Assembly: GCA_025558095.1 (NCBI GenBank)
Contig: JAIVFI010000045.1
Location: forward strand, 62,001-126,000
Direction of reading: 5' to 3'
DNA length: 64,000 nucleotides
Origin: Hyaloraphidium curvatum SAG 235-1
Taxonomy: Eukaryota; Fungi; Monoblepharomycota
Below are positions 1 through 9,730 of this stretch, in pieces. How positions within the stretch are numbered: the first letter of the stretch is position 1; every line of letters starts with the position of its first letter. The notes under the pieces are model-generated. The model worked only from the letters and a program-made list of their open reading frames with translations, had not been told where the DNA came from and made no database searches. The position numbers were made by a program, and so were the translations under genes.

Positions 1-665
1 TGCATCATGGCGGCGCTAGGCCTGCCCACGCGGCGCGTGTAGTTCGGTGTGGCGCGGTCCAGCTGCGCAGCCCGGACCTTGTTCTTGTTGAGGGAAAGTG
101 CCGGCGTGCGGCCGGTGCCTTTCGGCTGCCCCCGCTCCTCTGCGAGTTCGGCCAGCGACATGTGCGGGTCCACGAAATCCTGCGGCACCGCGGGCGCCGG
201 CTCGGGCTCCCCGACTCGCTGGGCCAGGATGCGGAAGCCCTCGTTGTAGAACGCCGCGATGTGCGCCGGCATTTTGGAGCGCCGCCCGGCAAAGACGGCG
301 AGCAGCGCCTTCCGCGCCTGCGGGTCCGACCGGAATTGCGCGATCGGCTCGTCGATGTCGGCGAAGGCCGCGTCGATTGCGTGCCCGGCGGCCGCCAGCG
401 CCGCCTCCCGCTCCGCCCCGTCCGGCCCGGCGACGCCTCCGAAGCCGGCATGCTGCCCCAAATCGCCGCCGTCGTCGGGCAAATCCAGGTTTCCGAGAGC
501 CGCGGCCGCGAGCGCGTCGGCGTACCACGCCGCGAACGACACCGGCCGCCGCGTGGCCTTGCCCCGGTACGGGTCCGCGTCCGCCGTCGCCTTTGTCTTC
601 GTCGGCTTCGGCGGGCGCCGGCGGCCGCCCCGCCGGCCCGCCCGGGTGTCCGAGTCGGACGACAT
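1..665 (-). CDS. Hypothetical protein, truncated at the left window edge
   Basis: Open minus-strand frame from ATG at 665 (MSSDSDTRAGRRGG...FAAWYADALAAAALGNL...) with no stop before base 1. It is absent from the ORF track because it has no stop. Composition is protein-like. Confidence 0.55.
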   Translation of the reverse strand, partial: MSSDSDTRAGRRGGRRRPPKPTKTKATADADPYRGKATRRPVSFAAWYADALAAAALGNLDLPDDGGDLGQHAGFGGVAGPDGAEREAALAAAGHAIDAAFADIDEPIAQFRSDPQARKALLAVFAGRRSKMPAHIAAFYNEGFRILAQRVGEPEPAPAVPQDFVDPHMSLAELAEERGQPKGTGRTPALSLNKNKVRAAQLDRATPNYTRRVGRPSAAMM

Positions 666-837
666 CGGCCCAGCTGCGCAGTGCACTGGGAGCGTCGGTT
701 TGTTTACGGGACCTGCGCCCCATCACTGTCCTCACGACCATACTTCGACCCAACGATCTAGCATTCGCAAATACTCCCGGCGACATAGAATACTCCCCTG
801 GTCAATTCCCGGCCCCAGAACCCTGCCTTTCCCACTC

Positions 838-2958
838 TCACGTCGCCCGTGTGTACTGGACCTTCAGGAACAGGTTCTTGGCCTCCTGCTCCAGGCTGAG
901 CTCGATAATGTCCTTGGAGAGCATCTGGTAGTAGAGCGCCGCGTGGTTCTGGCCGTTGGGATTGGCAGCGTACAGGTGCAGGTTGTTGGCGGGGTCGATG
1001 ACGACCTGGAAGCGGGGAGGCAATCAGGCGAGGCGCTAGCTCCTGAAACGGGTGACCCACGTCGAAATATAGCTGCCTGTTCTCCCCCAGATCCACGAGT
1101 TCCGCTTCGCCCTTGCCGACTGGCACCGAGATGGGCGGCTTCTTTGGCGCGAAGCACCCACAGATCCCGCCCCCGCCCCCCTGGCGGAACGTGAGGTTCG
1201 ACTGCGTGACCTCCACGGTGACCGACTTGGCAAAGATCATGTCGACCAGGGCCTTGGCGCGCGTCGTCTCCCGCCCCTCCATCTTGAGCTTCTCCTCCGT
1301 CTCGTTGTCGAAGGTCTTGTTCCACTTGCCGTTGAAGTCGCGGAGCTCATGCTGGAAGGCGCGGGAGGGGGGGATGTACGCCTTGGCGAGCTGCTTGAAC
1401 TTTCTCTGTCGGCGGGGCGGGCGGGGCGTCAGATCATGCTGCGGTGCTGCAGGAAGGGGGACACCCACGATGTCGACGAGCTTGGTCTCGTCCGCCGGAA
1501 GCCCCTCGTGGAGCGGGATCTCGGACATCTGCGTCGAGCTGGCCCCGAGCGGCTTGTCCGCCGCGCCCGCCGCCGGCTCCGCGAGGGCGGAAGCGGCCGC
1601 GGCGGCCGCGACCGGAGCTGCCGGCGCAGCGGCGGGCTGAGCGGAAGCCGGGGCGGGCCTGGATGCTGCGGGTGCCGGCGCGGGCGAAGCTGAGGAGCTC
1701 GGCGCCGCGGCGGGCTTGGATGCCGCCGGGGCCGGCGCGGGTGCCGCGGCGGGCTTAGACGCCACCTGGGCGGGCGCCGGCGCCGCCGCAGGGCTCGGCG
1801 CCGGAGCCGGGGTCGGCGCGGGTTTCGTGGCTGCGGCGGGTGCAGGGGCCGGAACAGGGGCTGCAGGGGCGGCGGCGGCGGCCGACGCGGCAACGGGCTG
1901 CGGTGCCGGGGCGGGAGTCGGCTCGGGTGCCTGCGAGGCGGAGGAAGCTTCCGTCCTGGTGGGCTCGGCGGCGGGCGCGGCCCCGGCGGGAGCGTTGGGA
2001 TCGACGTTGGCATCCGGATCGACCGCCTTGGGAGCTGATCGAAAGGCCACGAGTCACCTGCCGCAAAAGTCGCGCGAACCATGTGCCCCCGAACGAACCT
2101 TCGAGAGTGAGCTCGAACTGCTGTCCCGTGTGCTTTGCGATCTCTGTCCCCGCCGAATCGGTCACCGTCACGACCGCGTAGTAGGTTCCCGCGGCGAGAT
2201 CGGTCGCCGGCACCCAGTCGGCCGTCCCCGCGGCGGCATCGGTCGCCTCGACGACCGTCGCGGCGACGGAATCGGTGCCCCACGCGGCGCCGAAGATCTC
2301 CACCTTGGCCACGGCGCCGGCCGGCATGTCCTTCGCAACCCAGGTCACGGGGATCTTGGTGAAGTTGGGGATCGCGGTCTGGGGAAGCTGGGGCGAGGTC
2401 ACGGTGACGGAGGGCGGCGCGCCTGGATGCCGAAACGAGTTTGGCCGACGGCGCGGGGGAGAGGCTACATGTCAGCCCCGCGCGGGCAACCGACTTCGGG
2501 ACGAATCCCACCGAGCGGCTCGATGAAAAAGTTGTTGCTCGCGGCCTTGACCGTCCCCGCGGTCATGTGGAAGTAGTACTTGGCCCCCTTCTTGAACGTG
2601 ACGCCCTCGGTCGGCACCGTGTACCCCAGCGCCTCGTAGGACAGGTCCGCTGCGGGATCCACGTTGGTCACCACGGGATCCGTGCCCCACGCGCTCTCGT
2701 AGATGTCGATCTTGGCCGTGGGCGGGTTCTCGGTGGGCAGGTTGGTGTTTTTCCACCGGAGGACGATGTTGTCGCCCGGTTTGAAGGTGGCATTGGCCGC
2801 CGGCTCCGTGAAGGCGATCGAGAAGGCGGTCGCTGGGATAATTGCGGCGGGGGGACACGGAGCGGCGGGGGCGGGTAGCCGATTTGAGGGCGTGCGGCGG
2901 GGCGGGATCCGAGGGCCAGCGAACCTAGCGAGCTGCTCGAGCCGAACCAGGACGACAT
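838..2958 (-). CDS. Multi-exon hypothetical protein: two beta-rich Ig-like repeats, a long Pro/Ala linker and a C-terminal globular domain
   Basis: Spliced model: MSSWFGSSSSL|..FSIAFTEPAANATFKPGDNIVLRWKN..AKIDIYESAWGTD..|..VTVTSP..KIPVTWVAKD..AKVEIFGAAWGTD..|PA-rich..|FQVVIDPANNLHLY... The two repeats share the motif AK(I/V)(D/E)I..AWGTD. The 3' end is uncertain. Confidence 0.65.
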
Positions 2959-3188
2959 CGTGGCGGTTTTACGCTCGGCAGCGTCGAACGTAGATCGCGA
3001 TGTGGGGCCCGGAAGTTGGGGAGGGTCCGCCCCAAGTCTGTCGGGGTCTGCCGCCCGCACCGACAGGGACCGCCAAAAACCTCGCAGGTGGCCGTGATTG
3101 AGACCTTCAGCTGCTCTGCAACAAGACATTTTCAGCCTTTTTGACAGAGTCTGCCCGCAAAGGGGCGAGATTCACAAGCCCACGGAAG

Positions 3189-4097
3189 CTACATCTTCGC
3201 CTTCTCCTCGCCCCCTGCCCAACGCAGCAACCCCACCTGTTTCGTCCTGCAGAGCAACCTGCCATTCGCGGGATCCCAGAGCTCCACTTCCTCCCCGACC
3301 CTGCCGCCATCCATCCCCCCCGCGACCCACCTGATCGACTCTTTGGCGACCAGCAGCTCCGTCCCGTCATCCATCCGGAGCCCCGCGGCGGAACCGGGCT
3401 CCATGGCCGAGCAAAACTCAACCGTCATGGTCAGGGTGACCCAGGTCGGGTATCCTTTCGCGGGGAGCTTCCCGCCCCTCGCGAGCTGCGCCCGCAGGCC
3501 GATCGGGACGAGCCCGTCGACCCAGTACGCCGCGCCGAGATACCCTCCACACGGGGTCGCCCGCCAGCCGACGTAGCTGGCATACGTCGGATCGTCGGGC
3601 GAGGTGGAGGGGTCGAGCGGGTTGACGGTGTGCGGCCGGTCCATCTCCGAGAGGCCCCGTTGGCGGGCGAAAGCGAGGGCTTCGACGCACATTTCAGGTG
3701 GCGGTAACGTGGGACAATCCGCGTCCGAGGCAATGGCATCGGGTGGCGAGGAGGAGAACAGCGCCTCGGCGGCGAACCCCGGGGAAGCCTGGCCTTGTCC
3801 CGCGACCGAAAGCGACAGGAACGCGAACCTCTTCCCCGCTTTCCTGGTCTCTACCTTCACGGTCCACGGTGAGGCGTCGAGCATAACCGGAGCAAGGTAA
3901 GACGCGTGCACGCTCGCCGGATGGGGAAGGGCTGGCCCGAGGGCGTCTCGGGCGGCCGAGAGGGCGACGGCGAGCAGATACCCGCCGTGGGCCGAGTTCT
4001 GAGCGTTGGAAAACAACGATGAAGGGAGGGCAAGGTACGTATTTGGCTGCGGAGCGCGTTCGAGGCGGATCTCGCTTTCGAGGAGGGAAGTGGCCAT
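3189..4097 (-). CDS. Acyl-CoA thioesterase-like protein (double hot-dog fold), PTS1-like C-terminus AKM
   Basis: HGGYLLAVAL motif, HASYLAP, KAGKRFAFL, VTLTMTVEF and EEVELWD..GRLL..TKQ are typical of the TesB/4HBT-like family. Intronless. Confidence 0.85.
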   Translation of the reverse strand: MATSLLESEIRLERAPQPNTYLALPSSLFSNAQNSAHGGYLLAVALSAARDALGPALPHPASVHASYLAPVMLDASPWTVKVETRKAGKRFAFLSLSVAGQGQASPGFAAEALFSSSPPDAIASDADCPTLPPPEMCVEALAFARQRGLSEMDRPHTVNPLDPSTSPDDPTYASYVGWRATPCGGYLGAAYWVDGLVPIGLRAQLARGGKLPAKGYPTWVTLTMTVEFCSAMEPGSAAGLRMDDGTELLVAKESIRWVAGGMDGGRVGEEVELWDPANGRLLCRTKQVGLLRWAGGEEKAKM

Positions 4098-4329
4098 GGC
4101 GGACCGCGAAAAAGGGCGGATGGCGGCAGGAGCGCGGGACCGAGTACGGTAACGAAGAGACGCAAAGGATACGGAGGTCGTTAACGCGATCCTCAGTCCT
4201 TTCAGGTGCATAGCAACACCGATGTTTGGGGTCGCAATCTCCGGCCTCCATCTGTCCCCCACTCTCCAAACACCGAACCGCGCACCCGCTTCCGCCCCCC
4301 GCCCTCCCCACCCGGCCGGCGCCACCACC

Positions 4330-5032
4330 ATGGCGCCGGCGTCCCGCTTGCCCCCCGCGCAGTCGGAGGCGCCCGATGGTTCGGTCGCCGCGGGATTGGT
4401 GGACAAGTTCCTCGCCGGATTCCCGGGCGAGGAGTCGCTGGGCATGCTGGACGACGCGTTCGATATGCGGATCCTGCCGGGTTCGCTGCGCGTGCCGAGG
4501 ATGGGGAAGGCGGAGTGGGTGCCCCGGCGTCGGAGTGCGGGGGCCATGTGACTGATCGGGTTCGGGCGCAGGTATCTCGTCTTCCTCAGGGACGGGCTGC
4601 TCAAGGGGTTCAAGAGCGTCAAGGTACGATGCTCGTGTTGCTGCAGTTCGCGGGATTCCGGCTGACCGTGCTCGATTCCGACCGCAGATCACGCCGACCG
4701 AGTGGATCGTCGAGAGCCAGTCCCGCTCGGACGGGCCCGACAAGGGCCTGACCCGCGTCGTGATCCAGGCCAGGTCCCACGGAATATCGGCCGTCGACGG
4801 CGCCGAGTTCGGCCAGGAGTGCGTACATCTGCGACGCTCCCTGGCTTGTGCGCCACTCTTCCATCCTGACCGCCCATCCTGCAGGTACTTCTTCCGCTTC
4901 CTGGTCAACGTCAAGACGGGCAAGATCGCCGGCCTCACCGAATACGTGGATTCGCTGTACATGGCCAACTGGACCGGCAAGCAGGCCAAAGCTGCGGCGG
5001 CCAAGGCCAAGGAGGCGGACGCGCGGCTCTAG
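4330..5032 (+). CDS. SnoaL/NTF2-like small protein, PTS1-like C-terminus ARL
   Basis: Four-exon model: ..LDDAFDMRILPGSL..|YLVFLRDG..|..RVVIQARSHG..FGQE|YFFRFLVNVKTGKIAGLTEYVDS... The GKI...EY.DS ending is typical of SnoaL-like proteins. Confidence 0.75.
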
Positions 5033-5355
5033 CGCGCTGCCCTTTGATGCGCGACTTGTCGTGGTTTTGGAATGCGAGTGCCGCGTGTGCGATATTGTGC
5101 CTCGTCCTCTTCACCGCTGGAGTTCGGAATCCACGAACAAGTCCTCGCGCGGAGGCGGCTGCTCCCCGCATTTCTTTACATGATTTTAGACACGCGAGGT
5201 TTCCGACCTCCAGAGGAGGCTGTCTGTGCAGTCCACTAGCTCGACCCAAAGAATCCCGGAACAACGGAGATACGATGGGCGGCCCGCGTACCGCAACGTT
5301 CCAGACCGGCGGCGCAAGTCGGCACGGACCTGTTTGAGGTGTCCCAGGGACCCCT

Positions 5356-7212
5356 ATGGCTGACGAGGAGGACGGCGAGGAAACCTCCGGCGGATGGGCG
5401 GGTCCGCCGGCGGACGCGCTCGCGGTGGCCCTCGCGGCCATCCGGGCCGGCCGGGGATCCGAGGACTTTGACCGAATCGCGCTGCTCGACGCTTCGGCAC
5501 GGCTTACCGCTGCGGGAATTTACGCTCCGGAAGTTTCCGTTCCGCCGCCGCCGTCGCCGCCGCCGGCGCTGGCCGCCGCGGCGCGCCCGCCGCCGCCCGA
5601 GATCCTGCGGCCGGCGCTGGACGCCTTCTTCGCGTACGGCCAAAAGATGCTGCCGATCGTCCACGAAGCGTCGTTCCGCAAGGCTCTCGGAGACGCCGGC
5701 ACGCCGTCGGCATGGGGCGCCGCGCCGCCGCTGGCGCTCATGTACGCGCTGGCGGCCCTGGGGACCCTCTACGCCCACACGGGGGACATCTCGGGACTTT
5801 CCGCCTCGGAGCGCAGGCGAGCCGGGCGTTACTACGGCCGCAGGGCTAAGGAGCTCGTCATGGCTGGCTACCTGGGCAAGCAGGCGCCGTACCGGACCGT
5901 TGGGGAGCTGGAGGCCGCGCAGACCATGATCCTGCTCGTTAACTTCTACCAGCCCGTGGGCCAGGTCTCCCAGATGCAGCCGCTGCTGCAGCGGCTGTCC
6001 GACATTACCCTGGAATTGTGCCTGGATCGGCAGCGCCGCCGGTGGCGAACTTATTCCCCGCCGCAGCCGGCGACTTGGCTGGAGTGGGCCTACCGGGACA
6101 TGCTTTCCCGCCTGTGGGTTATCGTCGGGATCACCGACATTTCCTTCGCCTTCCTGGTGCCACGCGCCCCCTTCTTCGACTACTGGAGCTACCCGGCGCC
6201 CATATCCTCGTGCGAGGTGTGGTTCGACGCCGAGGACCCCGCCGCAGCATTCGCAGCCGCGCCAGCCGTCGAGACCATGGACCTCACGCCCCTGCTGGAC
6301 CCCACCGCCTCGCCGCGCCGCATCCGCGCCTCCCTCTCCCTCCTCGCGTCGGGCCCCTTCCTCCGGACGGCGACCTTCGTCTCGGTCCTCATCCTCAACT
6401 CCGTGCTGCGCCACCTTACCGCCCAGCTGCGCGACCTCGCCCTCGCTGGCGGCTTCGAGCCCCTCTCGCTGCCCCTGCGCGATGCCTCGCGCGATACGGA
6501 GCACGAGCACGCGTACCGCGCCCTCGCGCGGCACATGCTCGCCCTCGTCTCGGGCTTCTTCTCCGCCCTCGGACCGTGGGGCGCCTCCCTCGCCGCGGGC
6601 GACCTCTCCCCCTTCTTCGCGGCCGAACCTTCGCTGTTCCCCATCAAGGGCTACTCGCAGTACTTCCTCCTCGGGTGCGTGCACCTGCAGACCTACCCGA
6701 TCGAGGCCGCCATCCAGGGCGACCCCGCCGCCGCGTCGCCGGACCTCGTGGGATCCGCGGCGTTCCTCGCAGCCGTGGAGGCCGCAGTGCTGCAGGCGCG
6801 CATCGCCGCCGCCATGCTCGCCTCTGATCCCCTGCTGCGGTGGACGCACTCGAGCATCTACACGGCGTTGCTGCGGGGCGGGTACCTCCTCCTCGCCTGC
6901 GCGAGGGCCGCGGGCCCCGTGGCCGCGCCGGCCGCCGGCGTCTCCGCCGTGCTGGCCTTCCTCGCTGCGATGGCACCCCGCTTCGCCCCCCTCGGCCCGG
7001 CGCTGGCCGCCAGGTTCGCCGGCGCGATAGCCGGCGCCGGATTACCCGCGTTTCCGCCGCCCGCGCCGCCGCCGGCGCACGCGGAGGAGGAACCGGGGGT
7101 GGTGCCTGCGCTGCCCGACGCCGTGGTTGGAGGGGGACAGGGCGGCGCGACGGAAGAGGTGGCGAGGAGCGTGATCGGAGTCGGGAGGGCGTTCAAGGGA
7201 TGGACGGCGTGA
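5356..7212 (+). CDS. Fungal-specific transcription factor (Fungal_trans/MHR domain) with no intact Zn2Cys6 cluster; paralog of the TFs at 17749 and 21429
   Basis: 618-aa intronless ORF. FFAY..LPIVHEASF, LALMYALAALG, LEAAQTMILL, RLW and IQGDPAAA motifs are shared with the two downstream TFs. Confidence 0.85.
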   Translation: MADEEDGEETSGGWAGPPADALAVALAAIRAGRGSEDFDRIALLDASARLTAAGIYAPEVSVPPPPSPPPALAAAARPPPPEILRPALDAFFAYGQKMLPIVHEASFRKALGDAGTPSAWGAAPPLALMYALAALGTLYAHTGDISGLSASERRRAGRYYGRRAKELVMAGYLGKQAPYRTVGELEAAQTMILLVNFYQPVGQVSQMQPLLQRLSDITLELCLDRQRRRWRTYSPPQPATWLEWAYRDMLSRLWVIVGITDISFAFLVPRAPFFDYWSYPAPISSCEVWFDAEDPAAAFAAAPAVETMDLTPLLDPTASPRRIRASLSLLASGPFLRTATFVSVLILNSVLRHLTAQLRDLALAGGFEPLSLPLRDASRDTEHEHAYRALARHMLALVSGFFSALGPWGASLAAGDLSPFFAAEPSLFPIKGYSQYFLLGCVHLQTYPIEAAIQGDPAAASPDLVGSAAFLAAVEAAVLQARIAAAMLASDPLLRWTHSSIYTALLRGGYLLLACARAAGPVAAPAAGVSAVLAFLAAMAPRFAPLGPALAARFAGAIAGAGLPAFPPPAPPPAHAEEEPGVVPALPDAVVGGGQGGATEEVARSVIGVGRAFKGWTA

Positions 7213-7541
7213 AATATCGATACCTTACTTGGTTATAGTGTGTTGGAGATGGGACGCCCTCGCTTACGCGGCGTCATCGGATGAGGGGCTCGACTGAACG
7301 TCGGGCTTGACAGTTCAATCCACATACTTCGCGATCTTCGTGATCGGGCGGGAAGAAATATTGATCCTCGGTCGTCAGAGGCTTCTTGGTCATACTTGTT
7401 GCGGCGATGCGACCGTCTTGGCTTGGCCAAAGGTGCAGGACGTTCATTTGGCACGTGTACATCAATCATCCGCACTCTCGAGCCGTCATTGGACCCCGCT
7501 TTGTGCACCGAACACTCGGACTCGGCCGACCTCAACCTCGA

Positions 7542-7576
7542 GGTCTGGTCTGGTCTGGTCTGGTCTGGTCTGGTCT
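7542..7576. repeat. (GGTCT)7 pentanucleotide microsatellite, probably the LINE 3' tail
   Basis: Seven perfect copies, about 115 bp downstream of the LINE ORF stop at 7692. Confidence 0.95.
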
Positions 7577-8830
7577 ATCCGCCGGCGTCGTACTACATGA
7601 GTAACTCGATGCCACTAGGTTATCGCGCCAAAGCGCTGTGTCCGCCGTCAATTCCTTTCCGTCAAATCCACTCCGCCATCGCCTTGGCGATTCAGAGCTC
7701 CGGATCGGGGTTCGTCTCGCGCACCTTCAAGGCCGAAGCCACGAAGGACGCTACCCACTTCCGAATCCGGGGAGACAGGCGTTCATCCTCCAGCATTGTC
7801 GAAGGATCCTGCCACGTCGTCTTGAACAGGGCAGGAGGCGACCAAATGTGCCCAACCGTCGCTAGGCGGTCGATGAGCACCGCCCGCAAAGCATCCACAT
7901 GCGTGCACTCGAAGAGCAGGTGCAGCTCGTCGTCCACGGCACGCTCTTCCGTGCCACCAATCCTCCATCTACAGTTGCAAACCCGCTGGTAGCGCGGCAC
8001 CACGGAGCCGTCCGGGTGGCGTTCGCGCCGGCCTGTCTACGCACGCAGACAATGAGTGCTCGTGAGGAGCCGCAGCATCGCTTGTCGCTGTGCACGGTGC
8101 ACAAGATCCAGCACCTGGTGCCGGCCGAAGATCCACTCCGAGTCCTCCAGCTGCAACCATCACCAAAAGCCAGCTTCCCGTGCTTCAGAAGCGCAGGGCG
8201 CAGCACTTGTGCCACGAACGACGTTTGCACGGTCATCCGCACGTCGTGCTGTTTCCAGCACGTCCTCGCCGCCCAGTGCTCCATCCCGCCGTAGTACGTC
8301 AGCAAGGCGTGGGCGTAGACCGCGAAGTTTCCCGTCTCCCCTCCCTCGAACGCCCGCTCCTTCTCACAGACCACGCGTGCCGGGTCCCCCCGGTCCGCCC
8401 TCATCACGTGTCCGTAAAACCCCAGTGCCGCAATGTGGTCGGTGACCACGATCGGCATCTCCCCGGTCAGACCGAAGACGATCGCCGCCGACACCGTCGA
8501 CGGGAGGCCGAGGTAGCGCCGCAGGCTTGCGACATGGACGCCGTTGACGGAGTTGGGGGAGGCGTCGAAGAACGAGGAGGGATCTATCGGGAGTTGGACC
8601 GTGAGCGCCGCGCCGTATGTGCCAGTCGCCGTTACCGCGCTCCGATAAAGCATCAAGCCGATCTTGGTCGGGAGAACTCGGTGGTCGTTGGAGAGCCCGA
8701 CGAAATCGCGCGATGCCTGCATCAGTCGGCCATGCCGTGCCTGTAGGTCAGTCAGCGTCGTGTCGAGTTCGCGGGTTCGCTTCCCCAGGTGACTGTGTTC
8801 CGTCACCTCGGGTACCTCCTTAGCCAGGAG
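7542..8830 (-). mobile_element. 5'-truncated, decayed non-LTR retrotransposon (LINE) ORF2 remnant with a tandem-repeat 3' tail
   Basis: Minus-strand translation gives the end of an RT and its C-terminal region: EVTEHSHLG, LYRSAVTATGTYGA, LRRYLGLPSTVS..GEMPI, then RLLTSTHCLRA*TGR..PRYQRVC..DDELHLLFEC (CCHC-like). There is a frameshift near 8160 and an in-frame TAG at 8037-8039. A 3' UTR is followed by (CCAGA)n. Confidence 0.85.
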
Positions 8831-8930
8831 CGACGATGAGGGCGCCAACGCGTTCGCTCCAAAACCTCCAAAACACCCGCGCCCGTCTCCCCCACATCCC
8901 CACCCTCCCCCACACTCGCCTCCTACAAGA

Positions 8931-9113
8931 ATGGGTTCCAAGTCCTCCAAATCCGCCGCCCCCCCCACCCCGGCCGCGCCCCCGCCGCCGGCGTGGAAGC
9001 CCGGCGACGACCCGGCGCTGCGGCCGTGGTACATGGACGAGAACGGGAACGACCGGCGGCCGCTGGACGAGAGGGAGGGGTACAGCGCGGGGCAGAAGAA
9101 GGCGTTCCGGTGA
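8931..9113 (+). CDS. Candidate 60-aa N-myristoylated microprotein
   Basis: MGSKSSKS matches MGxxxS. GC3-rich codons, a C-rich upstream leader and a G-rich downstream tract, as for neighbouring genes. Confidence 0.5.
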   Translation: MGSKSSKSAAPPTPAAPPPPAWKPGDDPALRPWYMDENGNDRRPLDEREGYSAGQKKAFR

Positions 9114-9401
9114 TGGGCTGCGGAGGGGGTGTGGAGGGGGGCGGGGGCGGGTGGCGTTGGGGGACAGCGGTCGGGTGACTCGGTGGCGGTGGCGGCTGCC
9201 GGTCGCGGCGCGTGCGGATCCGGGTGCGATTGGACGGGAAGACTTCGGTTCGGACGGACGCGTGGGACCGGTGGGGGGCGCGGTGCTTCCGAGGACCCCG
9301 GAGGCGGCGCGGAGTGCCGAGGGAGTGAACAGTCCTCGAGGACCTCCTCTCTGGCGGATATGGCGGCCGGTTCGGACGTTCGGGGCGGATGGCGATGCAA
9401 T

Positions 9402-9730
9402 CGATGTCATAAGCAATGGATTCGGTGGTGACCTCGAGAGACAGGGTATTCTACACAGCCCGCCGCCCAGAGTTCAGAGCACCAGCGCCCCAGCGCCGCG
9501 ACCGCCATCGCGAGCACCGCCGCCTCCCGTACCTCCCTCCCCCGTGCGCCCGACGGCCTGCCCGTGCCCGTGCTCGCGATCGCCACCTGCGTCGAGGAGG
9601 AGCGCGAGGAAGTCGAGGAGGGCCTCCAAGCGCGGGAAAGGTTCCCCGCCTCGATCTGCTTCCGAGCACGCCTTCTGGGCCTCGGTCTGCGGCGGCCCCG
9701 ACGATGCGCGGGGCCGGTTCGGCGGACGGC
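9402..9730. pseudogene. Inverted mosaic duplicate of the chitin deacetylase 3' end (about 13530-13730) plus an F-box-like gene 3' fragment (about 15185-15260)
   Basis: CTCGAGAGACAGGGTATTCTAC is the reverse complement of about 13672-13693. The minus frame STQVAIASTGTGRPSGARGRE matches PTQAVVVSTSTSRPSGAGGRE. The plus frame ASEHAFWASVCG is identical to the F-box-like gene end. Confidence 0.8.

Noticed and set aside
1560-1990. Imperfect GC-rich repeats
   Set aside because: They encode the Pro/Ala linker (SKPAAAPAPAPA) of a protein.
7542-7576. (GGTCT)7 as a telomeric or CRISPR-like repeat
   Set aside because: Internal position, no spacers, and better explained as a LINE tail.
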